A stretch of 64,000 nt of DNA. Source: an uncultured Candidatus Rokubacteria bacterium. Lineage in GTDB: Bacteria; Methylomirabilota; Methylomirabilia; Rokubacteriales; CSP1-6. Shown here one piece after another: positions 10,120 through 20,747 of the stretch. The first letter of the stretch is position 1; each line of letters opens with the position of its first letter. Made by a program: the position numbers and the translations under genes. Below the pieces are notes generated by a model, which worked only from the letters and a program-made list of their open reading frames with translations, was not told where the DNA came from and ran no database searches. Where the stretch lies: contig CAVWWD010000008.1 in assembly GCA_963758635.1 (NCBI GenBank), positions 640,001 to 704,000 on the forward strand, read 5' to 3'.

Positions 10120-10884
10120 ATGGGGACCGGCCTCACGCTGCGCGCGGTGACCGTCGACTTCTGGGGCACCCTCGTCAACGACCTGCCCCAGGCTGACGAC
10201 CGCTACCGCGAGCGCCGGCTCGCCGACTTCGACGCCATCCTGTCGGCGGCGGGGTTCACGGTGTCGGCGCGCGCCCTCGGCCGCGGCTACGACGCCTCGG
10301 CGCGCGAGCTGGCCTGGGTGTGGCGCGGCCAGAAGGACGTTCCCGTGCTCCGCCACGTGACGAGCCTCCTCGAGGGCACGGAGGCCGGCCTGTCCGCGCG
10401 CACGTCCCGCGAGACGCTCGACGCCCTGGTCGAGGCGTACTGCCGGCCCGCCCTCCTGGTGCCGCCTCGCGTGGACGAGGGCGCGCGCGCGGGGCTCGGC
10501 GCGCTGGTCGCGCGCGGCGTCCGCCTCGCCGTGGTCTCGAACACGATGCGCACCCCCGGGGCCGTGCTGCGCCGGGTGCTCGACGGGCAGGGCGTGCTCG
10601 GCTGCTTCTCGCACCTCACGTTCTCCGACGAGGTCGGCGTGCGGAAGCCGGCGGCGGAGATCTTCCGCCTCACGCTCGAGAAGCTGGGCGTGGACGCCGC
10701 CCAGGCCGTCCACGTCGGCGACGATCCCGTGCTCGACGTGGCCGGCGCGCGCGGCGCCGGTCTGCGCGTGATCCAGGTGCTCTCGGGCGAGCGCGCGCCG
10801 GCGGAGGCCGCGCCGGACCTGACCGTCCGCGGGCTGGGCGAGCTGCCGGCGGCGATCGCGCGGCTCGAGCGGACGGGCGCATGA
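10120..10884 (+). CDS. HAD-superfamily hydrolase
   Basis: DFWGTL, VVSNT, RKP..IF, HVGDD..DVAGA. Confidence 0.9.
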   Translation: MGTGLTLRAVTVDFWGTLVNDLPQADDRYRERRLADFDAILSAAGFTVSARALGRGYDASARELAWVWRGQKDVPVLRHVTSLLEGTEAGLSARTSRETLDALVEAYCRPALLVPPRVDEGARAGLGALVARGVRLAVVSNTMRTPGAVLRRVLDGQGVLGCFSHLTFSDEVGVRKPAAEIFRLTLEKLGVDAAQAVHVGDDPVLDVAGARGAGLRVIQVLSGERAPAEAAPDLTVRGLGELPAAIARLERTGA

Positions 10885-11629
10885 TCCGCCTCGTGACGTT
10901 CGACTTCTGGGAGACGCTCGTCGCCGACCGCGCCGACCAGCTCGCCTCCCAGGAGGCGCTCCGCGTGGAGGCGATCTGCCGCGCGCTGGCCGCCGCCGGC
11001 GCCGCGCTCTCGCGCCCGGAGATCGAGGCGGCCTACGGCCGCACCGGGGAGGTGCTGGTCGAGCGCTACTGGGGTCGTCATCGCGACCTGGCGTGCCCGG
11101 AGCAGGTGAGGGTGAGTGATGGAGTGTATCGCGCCAGGAGCGGCGAGCCGCCTCGACCCGGGCGCTATGGAGGACCTGATCGCCGGCTACGGGACGCCCG
11201 TGCTCGCGCATCCGCCGGCCCTGCAGCCGGGCGCCGCCGAGGCGGTGAAGAGCCTCGCCGCGGCCGGCGTGCGCCTCGGCATCATCTCCAACACCGGGCG
11301 GACGCCCGGAGCGATCCTCCGCCGCGTCCTGGAGGCGGCCGATCTGCTGAAGCACTTCAGCGCGATCTCGTATTCCGACGAGGTGGGCTACCGGAAGCCG
11401 GACGCGGCGATCTTCCGCCGGACGCTCGGCGCTCGCGGGCGCCCGGCCGGAGGAGGCCGCGCGCATCGGGGACAACCCCGTCGACGACGTCACCGGGGCG
11501 CAGGGCGCCGGCATGCTGGGCATCCACTACACGGCGGGGCGGAGGTCGCCCGCCGTCCACGCGGACCTCGTCGTCTCGGACCTTTCCGCGCTTGCCGGCC
11601 TCATCCGCGAGCGTGGCAGTGCGAGGTGA
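10881..11629 (+). CDS. HAD-superfamily hydrolase, tandem paralog (frameshifts ~11110 and ~11430)
   Basis: FDFWETL, IISNT, RKPDAAIF, IGDNPVDDV across frames. Confidence 0.85.
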
Positions 11630-11665
11630 GCCGAAGGCGAGCCGAGCGTATATGGAAATGCCGTG
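11621..11665 (+). repeat. Dispersed repeat family B, partial copy
   Basis: GCGAGGTGAGCCGAAGGCGAGCCGAGCGTATATGGAAATGC, shared with the 36868, 46115-46256 (rc) and 53164 copies. Confidence 0.9.
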
Positions 11666-11695
11666 ACGCTCAGGTCGTCGGCGCGGCCTTTTCGG

Positions 11696-11724
11696 TTGCG
11701 TGATCCGGGGCCTGCGGGTAACAT
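11696..11724 (+). promoter_or_regulatory. Putative sigma70 promoter of apt
   Basis: TTGCGT-17 bp-TAACAT, 10 bp before the ATG (near-leaderless). Confidence 0.45.
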
Positions 11725-11734
11725 CTGTCCCCGC

Positions 11735-12255
11735 ATGGACCTGTCGGAGATCCGTTCAAAGATCCGCGAGATCAAGGACTTCCCCAGCGAGGGCATCCTC
11801 TTCAAGGACATCACCACGCTCCTCAAGGACGGCCCGGCCTGGGCGGCGGTCATCGACCATCTCGCCGCCCGGTACCACACCTCGCGCGTCGACGTCGTGG
11901 TCGGAGTCGAGTCGAGGGGGTTCATCTTCGGCGGCGCGCTCGCCCACCAGCTCAAGGCGGGCTTCGTCCCGGTGCGCAAGCGCGGGAAGCTCCCGGCGCG
12001 CACGATCGAGGAGGAGTACGAGCTCGAGTACGGACGCGACGTGCTCGCCGTGCACGAGGACGCCATCCGGCCCGGGCAGTGGTGCTGGCCGTGGACGACC
12101 TCCTCGCCACCGGCGGCACCATGTCCGCGACGCTCCGGCTGGTCGAGCGGCTGGGCGGCAAGATCGTCGGCGCGGCGTTCCTGATCGAGCTGGCGTTCCT
12201 GAAGGGCCGCGACCGGCTGCAAGGCTACGACCTCGAGTCGATCATCGTGTACTGA
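11735..12255 (+). CDS. apt: Adenine phosphoribosyltransferase (frameshift ~12078)
   Basis: [39 protein letters not shown]. Confidence 0.95.
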
Positions 12256-12272
12256 GGACGGGGATCGCACCG

Positions 12273-12627
12273 ATGAGCGACATCGAGACGACGATGCGGA
12301 CGATGCTGGCGGCGGCGGCGCTCGGCGTGGCCACGGTCTCGACGGCCGCGGCGAGCGACGAGCGGGCGCCGGCGCCGAGCCCGCCTCCCGGAGCCGTGAT
12401 CATGAACCTCCTCGCGAAGCCGATGGAGTCGCAGGAGGCGGCGTTCCGCGAGTCCATCCGTCAGGAGGTGGCTCGAGGGGCGGCGCCGGGAACCCCGAAC
12501 GACGGCACGATCCGGATCGGCCGCGCCACGCTCACGGTGACGGTCAAGGATCGCGTGCCCCGACGGCGAGCCGTTCCACGACGCGCCGTCGCTGCCGCGC
12601 TCCCGCCCTGGCCGCACCCGCCGCTGA
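12273..12627 (+). CDS. Hypothetical secreted protein (probable frameshift ~12550)
   Basis: Signal-peptide-like MRTMLAAAALGVATVSTAAAS; typical codon usage; 3' end inferred. Confidence 0.5.
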
Positions 12628-12688
12628 CGCGAAACGTCCTGACGGACCGGCCGTCCCGGTCGGCGCCCGCGAGAGGAACGGACCAGGC

Positions 12689-13553
12689 ATGGCCATACAG
12701 AAGGTCGGAGTGATCGGGTGCGGGCTGATGGGCGCGGGGATCGCCCAGGTCTCGGCCCAGGCGGGCTTTCCCACCACCGTGATCGAGGCCAGCGCGGGCC
12801 TGCTCGACAAGGGCCTCGGCGGCCTCCGGAAGAGCATCGAGGCGCTCGTGGCCAAGGCGCGCATGACCGCGGCGGAGCGCGACGCCACGATGGGACGGCT
12901 GCGCGGCAGCACCTCGCTGGAGGACCTCCGGGAGTGTGACCTGGTGATCGAGGCCATCACCGAGAACCAGGCCGCTGAAGAACGAGACGTTCGCGAAGCT
13001 CGACGCGATCTGCGCGCCGCACGCGCTCCTCGCCTCCAACACGTCGTCGTGCAACGTCACCGCGATGGCCGCCGCCACCCGGCGGCCCGGCCAGGTGCTC
13101 GGCCTGCACTTCTTCAACCCGGTGCCGCTCATGAAGCTGGTCGAGGTGGTGCAGACGATCCTCACCGACGACAAGGCCGCGCAGGCAGGCCTTCGAGTGG
13201 GTGCAGGCTGTCGGCAAGGTTCCGGTGCGCGCCAAGGACTCCACCGCGTTCATCGTGAACCGGCTCCTCGTGCCGTACCTCCTGGACGCCATCCGCGTGT
13301 ACGAGGGCGGGCTCGCGACGCTCGAGGACATCGACCAGGCGATGAAGCTCGGCTGCGGCTACCCGATGGGCCCCTTCACGCTCCTCGACCTGGTGGGCCT
13401 CGACACCACCATGTACGTGGCCGAGGTGATGTTCGAGGAGTTCCGCGATTCCCGCTACGCCCCGCCCCCGCTCCTGAAGCGCATGGTGATGGCGGGGAGA
13501 CTGGGACGGAAGACGGGCCGCGGCTTCTACGACTACAGCGCGAAGCGCGGTAG
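12689..13553 (+). CDS. hbd: 3-hydroxybutyryl-CoA dehydrogenase (frameshifts ~12970, ~13185 and ~13550)
   Basis: GCGLMGAGIA, VIEAITEN, LHFFNPVP, FIVNRLL, GYPMGPF, GRKTGRGFY. Confidence 0.9.
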
Positions 13554-13561
13554 CACAGTCC

Positions 13562-14710
13562 GTGAACGAGCTGTACTACCTCACCGACGAGCAGCGGGCC
13601 ATCCGGGACCTCGCGCGCGAGCTGTCCCGCGAGCGCATCGCGCCGATGGCCGCGCACGTCGACGAGACCGAGGAGTACCCGGCCGAGCAGCTCAAGCGGC
13701 TCGGGCAGCAGGGGCTCATGGGTCTCCACGTCCCCGAGGAGTACGGCGGCGCCAACGCGGGCGCGCTCGCGTTCTGCCTCGCCGCCGAGGAGGTGGCGTG
13801 GGCGTGCGCGGCCACCTCCACGATCTTCCTCGTCCAGAACCTCGGCGGGTACCCGATCGTGCTCGGCGGCTCGCCCGAGCAGAAGCGTCGCTTCCTCCCG
13901 CGCCTGGCCACCGGGGAGATCACCGGCGCCTTTTCCCTCTCCGAGGCGGGGGCCGGCTCCGACGCCGCGTCCATCGCGTGCACGGCGGCGCGCCGGGGCG
14001 ACTGCTACGTCCTGAACGGCTCGAAGATGTGGGTGACCAACGGCTCCCACGCCGGCGTCATCACCGTCTTCGCGGTCACCGATCGCGCCAGGCAGGCGCG
14101 CGGCGTCACCGCGTTCCTCGTCGAGCCCGGGATGAAGGGGTTCACCGTGGGCAAGCACGAGCGCAAGATGGGCATCCGCGGCTCGCCCACGGTGGCGCTG
14201 CACTTCACGGACTGCGAGGTGCCGATCGAAAACCGCCTGGGCGAGGAGGGCGAGGGCTTCAAGCTCGCGATGCGCACGCTCGAGCGCTCGCGGCCCACCA
14301 TCGGCGCCCAGGCGGTGGGCATCGCCCAGGCCGCGCTGGACGCCGCCACCGGCTACGCGCGGGAGCGGCGAGCGTTCGACCAGCCCATCGCGAGCTTCCA
14401 GGGGATCCAGTTCATGCTCGCCGACATGGCGATGAGCGTGCATGCCTCGCGGCTCGTCGTCCACCACGCCGCCACCCTCATGGACCGGGGCGCCGCCGAT
14501 ACGGCCATGGAGTCGTCGATGGCGAAGTGCCTGGCCTCGGACACCGCGATGCGCGTGGCGACCGACGCCGTCCAGGTGCTCGGCGGCTACGGCTACACGC
14601 GCGAGTTTCCCGTCGAGCGCTTCATGCGGGACGCCAAGATCACGCAGATCTACGAGGGCACCAACCAGATCCAGCGCGTCGTCATCGCCCGGCATCTGCT
14701 CGGGCTCTGA
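13562..14710 (+). CDS. Acyl-CoA dehydrogenase
   Basis: FSLSEAGAGSD, GSKMWVTNG, GGYGY, RDAKITQIYEGTNQIQ. Confidence 0.96.
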   Translation: MNELYYLTDEQRAIRDLARELSRERIAPMAAHVDETEEYPAEQLKRLGQQGLMGLHVPEEYGGANAGALAFCLAAEEVAWACAATSTIFLVQNLGGYPIVLGGSPEQKRRFLPRLATGEITGAFSLSEAGAGSDAASIACTAARRGDCYVLNGSKMWVTNGSHAGVITVFAVTDRARQARGVTAFLVEPGMKGFTVGKHERKMGIRGSPTVALHFTDCEVPIENRLGEEGEGFKLAMRTLERSRPTIGAQAVGIAQAALDAATGYARERRAFDQPIASFQGIQFMLADMAMSVHASRLVVHHAATLMDRGAADTAMESSMAKCLASDTAMRVATDAVQVLGGYGYTREFPVERFMRDAKITQIYEGTNQIQRVVIARHLLGL

Positions 14711-14725
14711 ACCGGAGGAGACACC

Positions 14726-16006
14726 ATGACTCGACGCACCGACACGCGGCTGCCCCGCCGCCGCTTCCTCGCCGGAGCCGGCGCCGCCGCCGGCCTCGCC
14801 GGCGTGGGGTTCCCCGCCGTGCTGCGCGCCCAGGCGAAGACCTTCAAGGTGGGCGTGATCCATCCGGTCACCGGCCCGCTCGCCGAGCCGGGCCAGGCCT
14901 GCCGGCTCGGGGCCCAGATGGCCGCCGACGCGATCAACGCGGCGGGCGGGATCAAGGCCCTCGGGGGCGCGCGGCTCGAGCTGCTGCTGGGCGACACGCA
15001 GACCAAGCCGGAGGTGGGCCGGAGCGAGGCCGAGCGCGTGGTGAACCAGGGCGCGCAGATGCTCGTGGGCTCCTTCGACTCGGGCAGCACCGCGGCCATG
15101 GTGCCGGTGGCCCAGCAGAAGCACGTGCCCTTCCTCGTGGACATCGCCGCCGCCGACCCCATCACCGCGAACGTGGCCAAGGCGGTCAAGGAGGGGCAGC
15201 AGAAGGTCCAGTACGTGTACCGGAACTTCCCCACCGGCTCCACGTTCGGGCGCCGCGCCGTCCAGTACTTCACGGAGATCTTCAAGGAGGCCAACGTCGC
15301 GCCCAAGCGCGTGGTGCTGATGTACTGCAACGACCTCTTCGGCCAGAACTCGGCGCGCGGCTTCCAGGCCGCCCACGCCGCGAGCAAGCCGGGCTGGGAG
15401 ATCGTGGAGGTCATCCCGTGGCCGGAGCCGCCCTCCGACCTCTCGACCGAGGTCTCCCGGGCCAAGGCGGCGAAGCCCGACATCATCGCCCCGATCACGC
15501 GCCCGGCGAGCGCGCAGGTCCTGCTGCCCGAGCTGCGCAAGCAGCGCCTGGACATCATGGGCGTGGTGAGCCCCGGCGGCCCGGGCCTCTACGAGGCGGG
15601 GCAGATCGCCACCCTCAAGGACGACCTCGAGCACGTGATGGCGAGCGTGCCGTGGCCGAACTTCAAGCATCCGCGGACGAAGCAGCTCGCCGAGGAGTAC
15701 CTGAAGCGGTCCGGCGGCAAGACGTTCGACACGAACTCCGGCTACTCCTACGACGCCATGTTCCTGCTCGCCGACGTGCTCGAGCGGGCGAAGTCCGCGG
15801 ACCCCGACGCGATCGTGGACGCGATCAAGAAGACGAACTACACCGCCGGGCTCATGCAGTACGGCGGGCCGATCGTGTTCAACGAGGCGGGCGACAACGC
15901 CAACGCCATCCCCACCATGATCCAGGTGCAGAGCCAGAAGCCCGTGGCGGTGTGGCCGAAGGACGCCGCGCTCGCCAAGTTCGTGTTCCCGCGCCCCAAG
16001 GCGTGA
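14726..16006 (+). CDS. Liv-type ABC substrate-binding protein (Tat signal)
   Basis: RRRFLAG twin-arginine leader; INAAGGI; PBP1 fold motifs. Confidence 0.92.
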   Translation: MTRRTDTRLPRRRFLAGAGAAAGLAGVGFPAVLRAQAKTFKVGVIHPVTGPLAEPGQACRLGAQMAADAINAAGGIKALGGARLELLLGDTQTKPEVGRSEAERVVNQGAQMLVGSFDSGSTAAMVPVAQQKHVPFLVDIAAADPITANVAKAVKEGQQKVQYVYRNFPTGSTFGRRAVQYFTEIFKEANVAPKRVVLMYCNDLFGQNSARGFQAAHAASKPGWEIVEVIPWPEPPSDLSTEVSRAKAAKPDIIAPITRPASAQVLLPELRKQRLDIMGVVSPGGPGLYEAGQIATLKDDLEHVMASVPWPNFKHPRTKQLAEEYLKRSGGKTFDTNSGYSYDAMFLLADVLERAKSADPDAIVDAIKKTNYTAGLMQYGGPIVFNEAGDNANAIPTMIQVQSQKPVAVWPKDAALAKFVFPRPKA

Positions 16007-16066
16007 GCGTGCTCCGGGGAGAGGGGTAGGCTCCGGGCGCGCCCGGCCGCCGTTTCCGCCCCCGGC

Positions 16067-16939
16067 ATGGACCTCACGCTCGTCGCCCAGGGGCTCCTCT
16101 CCGGGCTCCTCTTCGGCGGCGTCCAGAGCCTCATGGCCGTCGGCCTGTCGCTGATCTTCGGCGTCATGCGGGTGGTGAACTTCGCCCACGGCGACATGAT
16201 GGTGTGGGGCATGTACCTGGCGTGGATGCTGGCCACGCGCCTGGGCGTGGATCCCATGGCGAGCTTCGTCGTGTGCGCGGCCGCGCTGTTCGTCTTCGGC
16301 TTCGCGGTGCAGCGCGGGCTCGTGCACCGCATCGTCGACGCCCGCCACGAGATGCAGATCCTCCTCATGCTGGGCGTGGCCCTGATCCTCGAGAACGCCG
16401 CGCTGATGGCGTTCGGGCCCGAGCCGGTGCGCGTGCGGTCGGCGCTGTCCGGCGCCACGATGTGGATGGGGCCGGTGTTCGTGGACGTGGCCCGTCTCGT
16501 GACCTTCGGGCTGGCCCTCGTCCTCACCGCGATGCTCTGGCTCTTCCTGTTCCGCACCCGGCTCGGCCGGCAGATCCGCGCCGCCGCGGACAACCCCTAC
16601 GGGGCGCTCGTGATCGGGACGGACACGAGCCGCGTCTACGCGATCGCGTTCGGCGTGGGCGCGGCGTGCGTCGGCGCGGCGGGAGCGCTCACCACGCCGC
16701 TCGTGCCGTTCTCCCCGTCCTTCGGCCTGTCCGCCTCCGTGACGAGCTTCAATATCGTGATCATCGGGGGGATGGGAAGCCTTCTCGGCGCCTTCGTGGG
16801 CGGGCTGGTGGTCTCGGTCGCGGAGTCGCTGGGGGCGGTGTTCCTCAAGCCCTCGCTCAAGGAGGTCGTGAGCTTCTCGCTCCTCATCCTGATCCTGCTC
16901 TTCCGGCCCGCGGGCCTGTTCGGCAGGCGCGCGGCATGA
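16067..16939 (+). CDS. Liv-type ABC permease (LivH-like)
   Basis: GLSLIFGVMRVVNFAHG, TRLGRQIRA, IGGMGS. Confidence 0.93.
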   Translation: MDLTLVAQGLLSGLLFGGVQSLMAVGLSLIFGVMRVVNFAHGDMMVWGMYLAWMLATRLGVDPMASFVVCAAALFVFGFAVQRGLVHRIVDARHEMQILLMLGVALILENAALMAFGPEPVRVRSALSGATMWMGPVFVDVARLVTFGLALVLTAMLWLFLFRTRLGRQIRAAADNPYGALVIGTDTSRVYAIAFGVGAACVGAAGALTTPLVPFSPSFGLSASVTSFNIVIIGGMGSLLGAFVGGLVVSVAESLGAVFLKPSLKEVVSFSLLILILLFRPAGLFGRRAA

Positions 16940-17895
16940 GGTGGGCGGGGCTCGGCGCGGTGCTGGTGCTGATCGCGCTGCCCGCGGTGGTCGGCTCCTA
17001 CGTCGTGACCGTGCTCATCCTGGTCTTCTTCTACGCGTACCTGGCCCAGGCGTGGAACATCGTGGGCGGCTACGCCGGGCAGCTCTCGGCCGGGCACGCC
17101 GCGTTCGTGGGCGTGGGTGGCTACACCGCCGCGGTGCTGTCGATCGAGTGGGGCCTCACCCCGTGGGTCGGCATGTTCGTGGGCGGCGCGCTCGCCGCGC
17201 TCCTCGGCGCCCTCATCGGCTACCTCGGGTTTCGCTTCGGGCTCCGGGGGTTCTACTTCGTGCTGCTCACCGTGGCCTTCGCCGAGCTGTGCCGCATCGT
17301 CGCGAGCAACCTGGACGCGGTGGGCGGCTCGCTCGGGCTCTACATCACGTTCACGGGCAACCCGCGGCAGTTCCAGTTCCAGGACAGCCGCGCGTACTAC
17401 TACATCGCGCTCGCCCTCATGCTGGGGGCCACCGCCATCGTGGGCCTGCTGGAGCGGCGGCGCTTCGGCGCGTACCTCGCGGCCATCCGCGAGGACGAGG
17501 ACGCCAGCGAGGCGCTGGGCGTGAACGTGTTCCGCGTGAAGCTCCTCGCCATGATCCTGTCCTCCTTCCTGACCGGCGTCGGCGGCACCTTCTACGCCTT
17601 CTACCTGTTCTCGCTCCAGCCCGGCGCGGTGTTTGGGATCCCGCTGTCCGTGGAGATCATCCTGCGCGCCATCGTGGGCGGGGCCGGCACCCTCCCGGGC
17701 CCGATCCTCGGCTCGTTCATCCTGACGCCGCTCGGTGAGCTGTCGCGGATGTACTTCGCGCAAGGCGGCTGGCACGGCGCGCATCTCGTCGTCTACGGGG
17801 CGCTCCTGATCGCCGTGGTGCTCTTCGTGCCGGAAGGGGCGTACCCGCGGCTCCGGCGCGCCTTCGGGCGGCGCCGGCCCGGGGCGGGGCGATGA
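16936..17895 (+). CDS. Liv-type ABC permease (LivM-like)
   Basis: GYAGQLSAGHAAF, AIREDEDA. Confidence 0.93.
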   Translation: MRWAGLGAVLVLIALPAVVGSYVVTVLILVFFYAYLAQAWNIVGGYAGQLSAGHAAFVGVGGYTAAVLSIEWGLTPWVGMFVGGALAALLGALIGYLGFRFGLRGFYFVLLTVAFAELCRIVASNLDAVGGSLGLYITFTGNPRQFQFQDSRAYYYIALALMLGATAIVGLLERRRFGAYLAAIREDEDASEALGVNVFRVKLLAMILSSFLTGVGGTFYAFYLFSLQPGAVFGIPLSVEIILRAIVGGAGTLPGPILGSFILTPLGELSRMYFAQGGWHGAHLVVYGALLIAVVLFVPEGAYPRLRRAFGRRRPGAGR

Positions 17896-18629
17896 GCCTC
17901 CTCCTCGAGGCGCGCGGGCTCAGCCGGCGGTTCGGGGGCGTGCACGCCGTCCGCAGCCTCGACGTGGACGTGCGGGCCGGCGAGGTGCTCGGCCTCATCG
18001 GGCCGAACGGCGCGGGGAAGACGACGGTGTTCAACCTGCTGTCGGGGTTCCTCGCCCCCGACGCGGGCGAGATCCGCTTCGACGGGCGGTCCGTCCTGGG
18101 CCTGGCGCCGCACGCGATCTGCCGGCTCGGCCTGGCGCGCACCTTCCAGATCGTGCGGCCGTTCCCGCATCTGTCCGTGCTCGACAACGTGAAGGTGGGC
18201 GCGCTCGCCCGGCATCCGGGCGTCCGCGAGGCGCGCGAGCGGGCGCGTGAGGTGATCGAGCGGGTCGGCCTGGGCCCGAAGGCGGAGACGCCGGCCGGCG
18301 GCCTGACCCTGCCCGAGCGCAAGCGTCTCGAGCTGGCCCGCGCGCTCGCGACCGAGCCCACGCTGCTGCTCCTCGACGAGGTCATGGCCGGGCTCAACGC
18401 CACCGAGATCGAGACGATCGTCCGGCTCGTGTCGGCGATCAACCGCGCCGGCGTCTCGATCCTGCTGATCGAGCACAACATGCGCGCGGTGATGTCGCTC
18501 TCCCACCGCATCGTCGTGCTGTCCTTCGGCGAGAAGATCGCCGAGGGCGCGCCGGCCGAGGTGGCCAACCACCCGAAGGTCGTCGAGGCCTACCTCGGGG
18601 AGGAATATGTCCACGCTGCTCCGGCTTGA
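17892..18629 (+). CDS. Liv-type ABC ATPase (LivG-like)
   Basis: GPNGAGKTT, ARTFQ, LDEVMAG, AYLG. Confidence 0.94.
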   Translation: MSLLLEARGLSRRFGGVHAVRSLDVDVRAGEVLGLIGPNGAGKTTVFNLLSGFLAPDAGEIRFDGRSVLGLAPHAICRLGLARTFQIVRPFPHLSVLDNVKVGALARHPGVREARERAREVIERVGLGPKAETPAGGLTLPERKRLELARALATEPTLLLLDEVMAGLNATEIETIVRLVSAINRAGVSILLIEHNMRAVMSLSHRIVVLSFGEKIAEGAPAEVANHPKVVEAYLGEEYVHAAPA

Positions 18630-19320
18630 CGCCGTCGCCGCCGGGTACGGCGACCTCCTCGCCGTTCACGACGTCTCGCTCGAGGTGCGGGAGGGCGAGG
18701 CGGTGGCGCTGATCGGCGCGAACGGGGCGGGGAAGACCACCACGCTCCGGGCGATCACGGGCCTTCTGCCCGTCCGGCGCGGACGGATCGAGTGGCAGGG
18801 CGAGCGGCTCGACGGGCGGCCGTCGAGCGAGGTGGTGGCGCGCGGCATCGCGCACGTGCCGGAGGGCCGGCAGCTCTTTCCGACGATGACGGTCCTCGAC
18901 AACCTGGAGCTGGGGGCGATGGCGCCGGCCGGGCGCGCGGGACGGACGCAGTCGCTCGAGCGCGTGTTCGCCCTGTTCCCGCGGCTGGCCGAGCGCCGGC
19001 GCCAGCTCGCCGGCACCCTGTCCGGGGGCGAGCAGCAGATGTGCGCGATCGGCCGGGGCCTGATGGCCCGGCCCCGGCTCCTGCTCCTCGACGAGCCGAG
19101 CCTGGGGCTCGCGCCCGTGGTCGTGAAGGCCATCTTCGCGAACCTGGCCGACATCAATCGGGACGGCACGACGCTCCTGGTCGTGGAGCAGAACGTCGCC
19201 CGCGCGCTCGACCTGGCCCAGCGCGCCTACGTCCTCGAGAACGGGACCGTGGCCCTCGCGGGATCGCGCGCGGAGCTCCTGGCCAGCGGGCACGTCAAGC
19301 GGGCCTACCTGGGGCTCTGA
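18607..19320 (+). CDS. Liv-type ABC ATPase (LivF-like)
   Basis: GANGAGKTT, LSGGEQQM, LDEPSLGLAP. Confidence 0.94.
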   Translation: MSTLLRLDAVAAGYGDLLAVHDVSLEVREGEAVALIGANGAGKTTTLRAITGLLPVRRGRIEWQGERLDGRPSSEVVARGIAHVPEGRQLFPTMTVLDNLELGAMAPAGRAGRTQSLERVFALFPRLAERRRQLAGTLSGGEQQMCAIGRGLMARPRLLLLDEPSLGLAPVVVKAIFANLADINRDGTTLLVVEQNVARALDLAQRAYVLENGTVALAGSRAELLASGHVKRAYLGL

Positions 19321-19398
19321 CGGCGCGCGGGCCGCGTCCCGCCGCTGAGCCGTGGGGTACAATACCGCTTCCCACTGTTCACGCCCGAGGAGCGAGCC

Positions 19399-20477
19399 AT
19401 GACGAGCCCCATCATCACCGAGAGCGTGCGCGCCCTGGTCGACCGGCGCGACCTCACGCGCATCGAAGCGGCGGCGGCCATGGAGGCCATCATGTCCGGG
19501 GCCGCCACCAACGTGCAGATCGCGGCGTTCCTGACCGCGCTCCGCATGAAGGGCGAGACCGTCGAGGAGCTGATCGGCTTCGCCCAGGTGATGCGCCAGA
19601 AGGTGGTGCGGGTGCCCACGCGCGCCGGCGACGTCGTCGGCCGCCACCGGGACCGACCGCGAGATGCTGATCGACACCTGCGGCACCGGGGGCGACGCCT
19701 CCGGCACCTTCAACGTGTCGACGGCCACCGCGTTCGTGGTGGCGGGGGCCGGGCTCAAGGTGGCCAAGCACGGCAACCGCTCCGTGTCGTCCCTGTGCGG
19801 CTCGGCCGACGTGGTGGAGACCCTGGGGATCGACCTCGAGCTGACGCCCGCGCAGGTCGGCCGCTGCGTGGACGAGGTGGGCATCGGCTTCCTCTACGCG
19901 CCGCTGCTCCACACCGCGATGAAGCACGTGATGGTGGCCCGCCGCGAGATGGGCGTCCGCACCGTGTTCAACATGCTCGGGCCCCTCACCAACCCCGCGG
20001 GCGCCAACGCCCAGGTGATCGGCGTCTACGCCCAGGCGCTCACCGAGCCGCTGGCCCGGGCCCTCGCCGAGCTCGGCACCATCCGCGCGTTCGTGGTGCA
20101 CGGCGCCGACGGCCTCGACGAGATCTCCAACACCGGCGAGAGCGACATCGCGGAGGTCCACGAGGGCGTGGTGCGCGCCGGGCGCGTGCGGCCCGAGGAC
20201 TTCGGCCTCGCGCGCGCGGCCATCCGCGACCTCCAGGGCGGCGACCGCGAGGAGAACGCGCGGATCATCCGCGGGCTCCTGGGCGGCGAGCGCGGGCCGC
20301 GGCGCGACATCGTGCTCATGAACGCCGCTGCCGCGCTGGTCGTGGGCGGCAAGGCGCGCGACCTGAAGGAGGGCGTGGCCCTCGCCGCCTCGTCCATCGA
20401 CTCCGGATCCGCCACCGCCAAGCTGGCGCGCGCTCGTCGACCTGTCCCACCGCCTCGCCGCCGCGCGCCGGAACTGA
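19399..20477 (+). CDS. trpD: Anthranilate phosphoribosyltransferase (frameshifts ~19640 and ~20430)
   Basis: [39 protein letters not shown]. Confidence 0.95.
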
Positions 20478-20598
20478 CGGGCGCGACGGCCCGACGGCGG
20501 AGATCGAGGCGCGGCGCCGCGCGACCTGATCGCCACCCGAGCCCGCGCCGAGGCCTCAGGGCATCGACAGACGCGACAATGGCCGTCCGGACGCAGGG

Positions 20599-20628
20599 TT
20601 GACCGGCACTCCCGGGCCGGGGGATAAT
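20599..20628 (+). promoter_or_regulatory. Putative sigma70 promoter of the gntR-etf operon
   Basis: TTGACC-18 bp-GATAAT. Confidence 0.55.
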
Positions 20629-20712
20629 GCGCCTCGGCTGCTCGCAGGCCGTGTCCCTCTCCTCGAAGCGCGACCGATCTCGTTCGCCCGGTGGAGACGC
20701 GAGCCGCCGCGA

Positions 20713-20726
20713 GAGTTCTAGAACTC
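20713..20726. promoter_or_regulatory. Palindromic operator candidate GAGTTCTAGAACTC
   Basis: Perfect 14-bp AT-rich palindrome between the promoter and the gntR RBS; resembles HutC-subfamily GT..TA..AC boxes. Confidence 0.6.
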
Positions 20727-20747
20727 CGAGGAAGGAAACGCGAGCCA

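Noticed and set aside
13376..16348. Long antisense ORFs (this and many others)
   Set aside because: Shadow frames of high-GC3 genes with no protein motifs.
19320..19398. trp attenuator before trpD
   Set aside because: No Trp-codon leader peptide or terminator; only a TACAAT -10-like hexamer.
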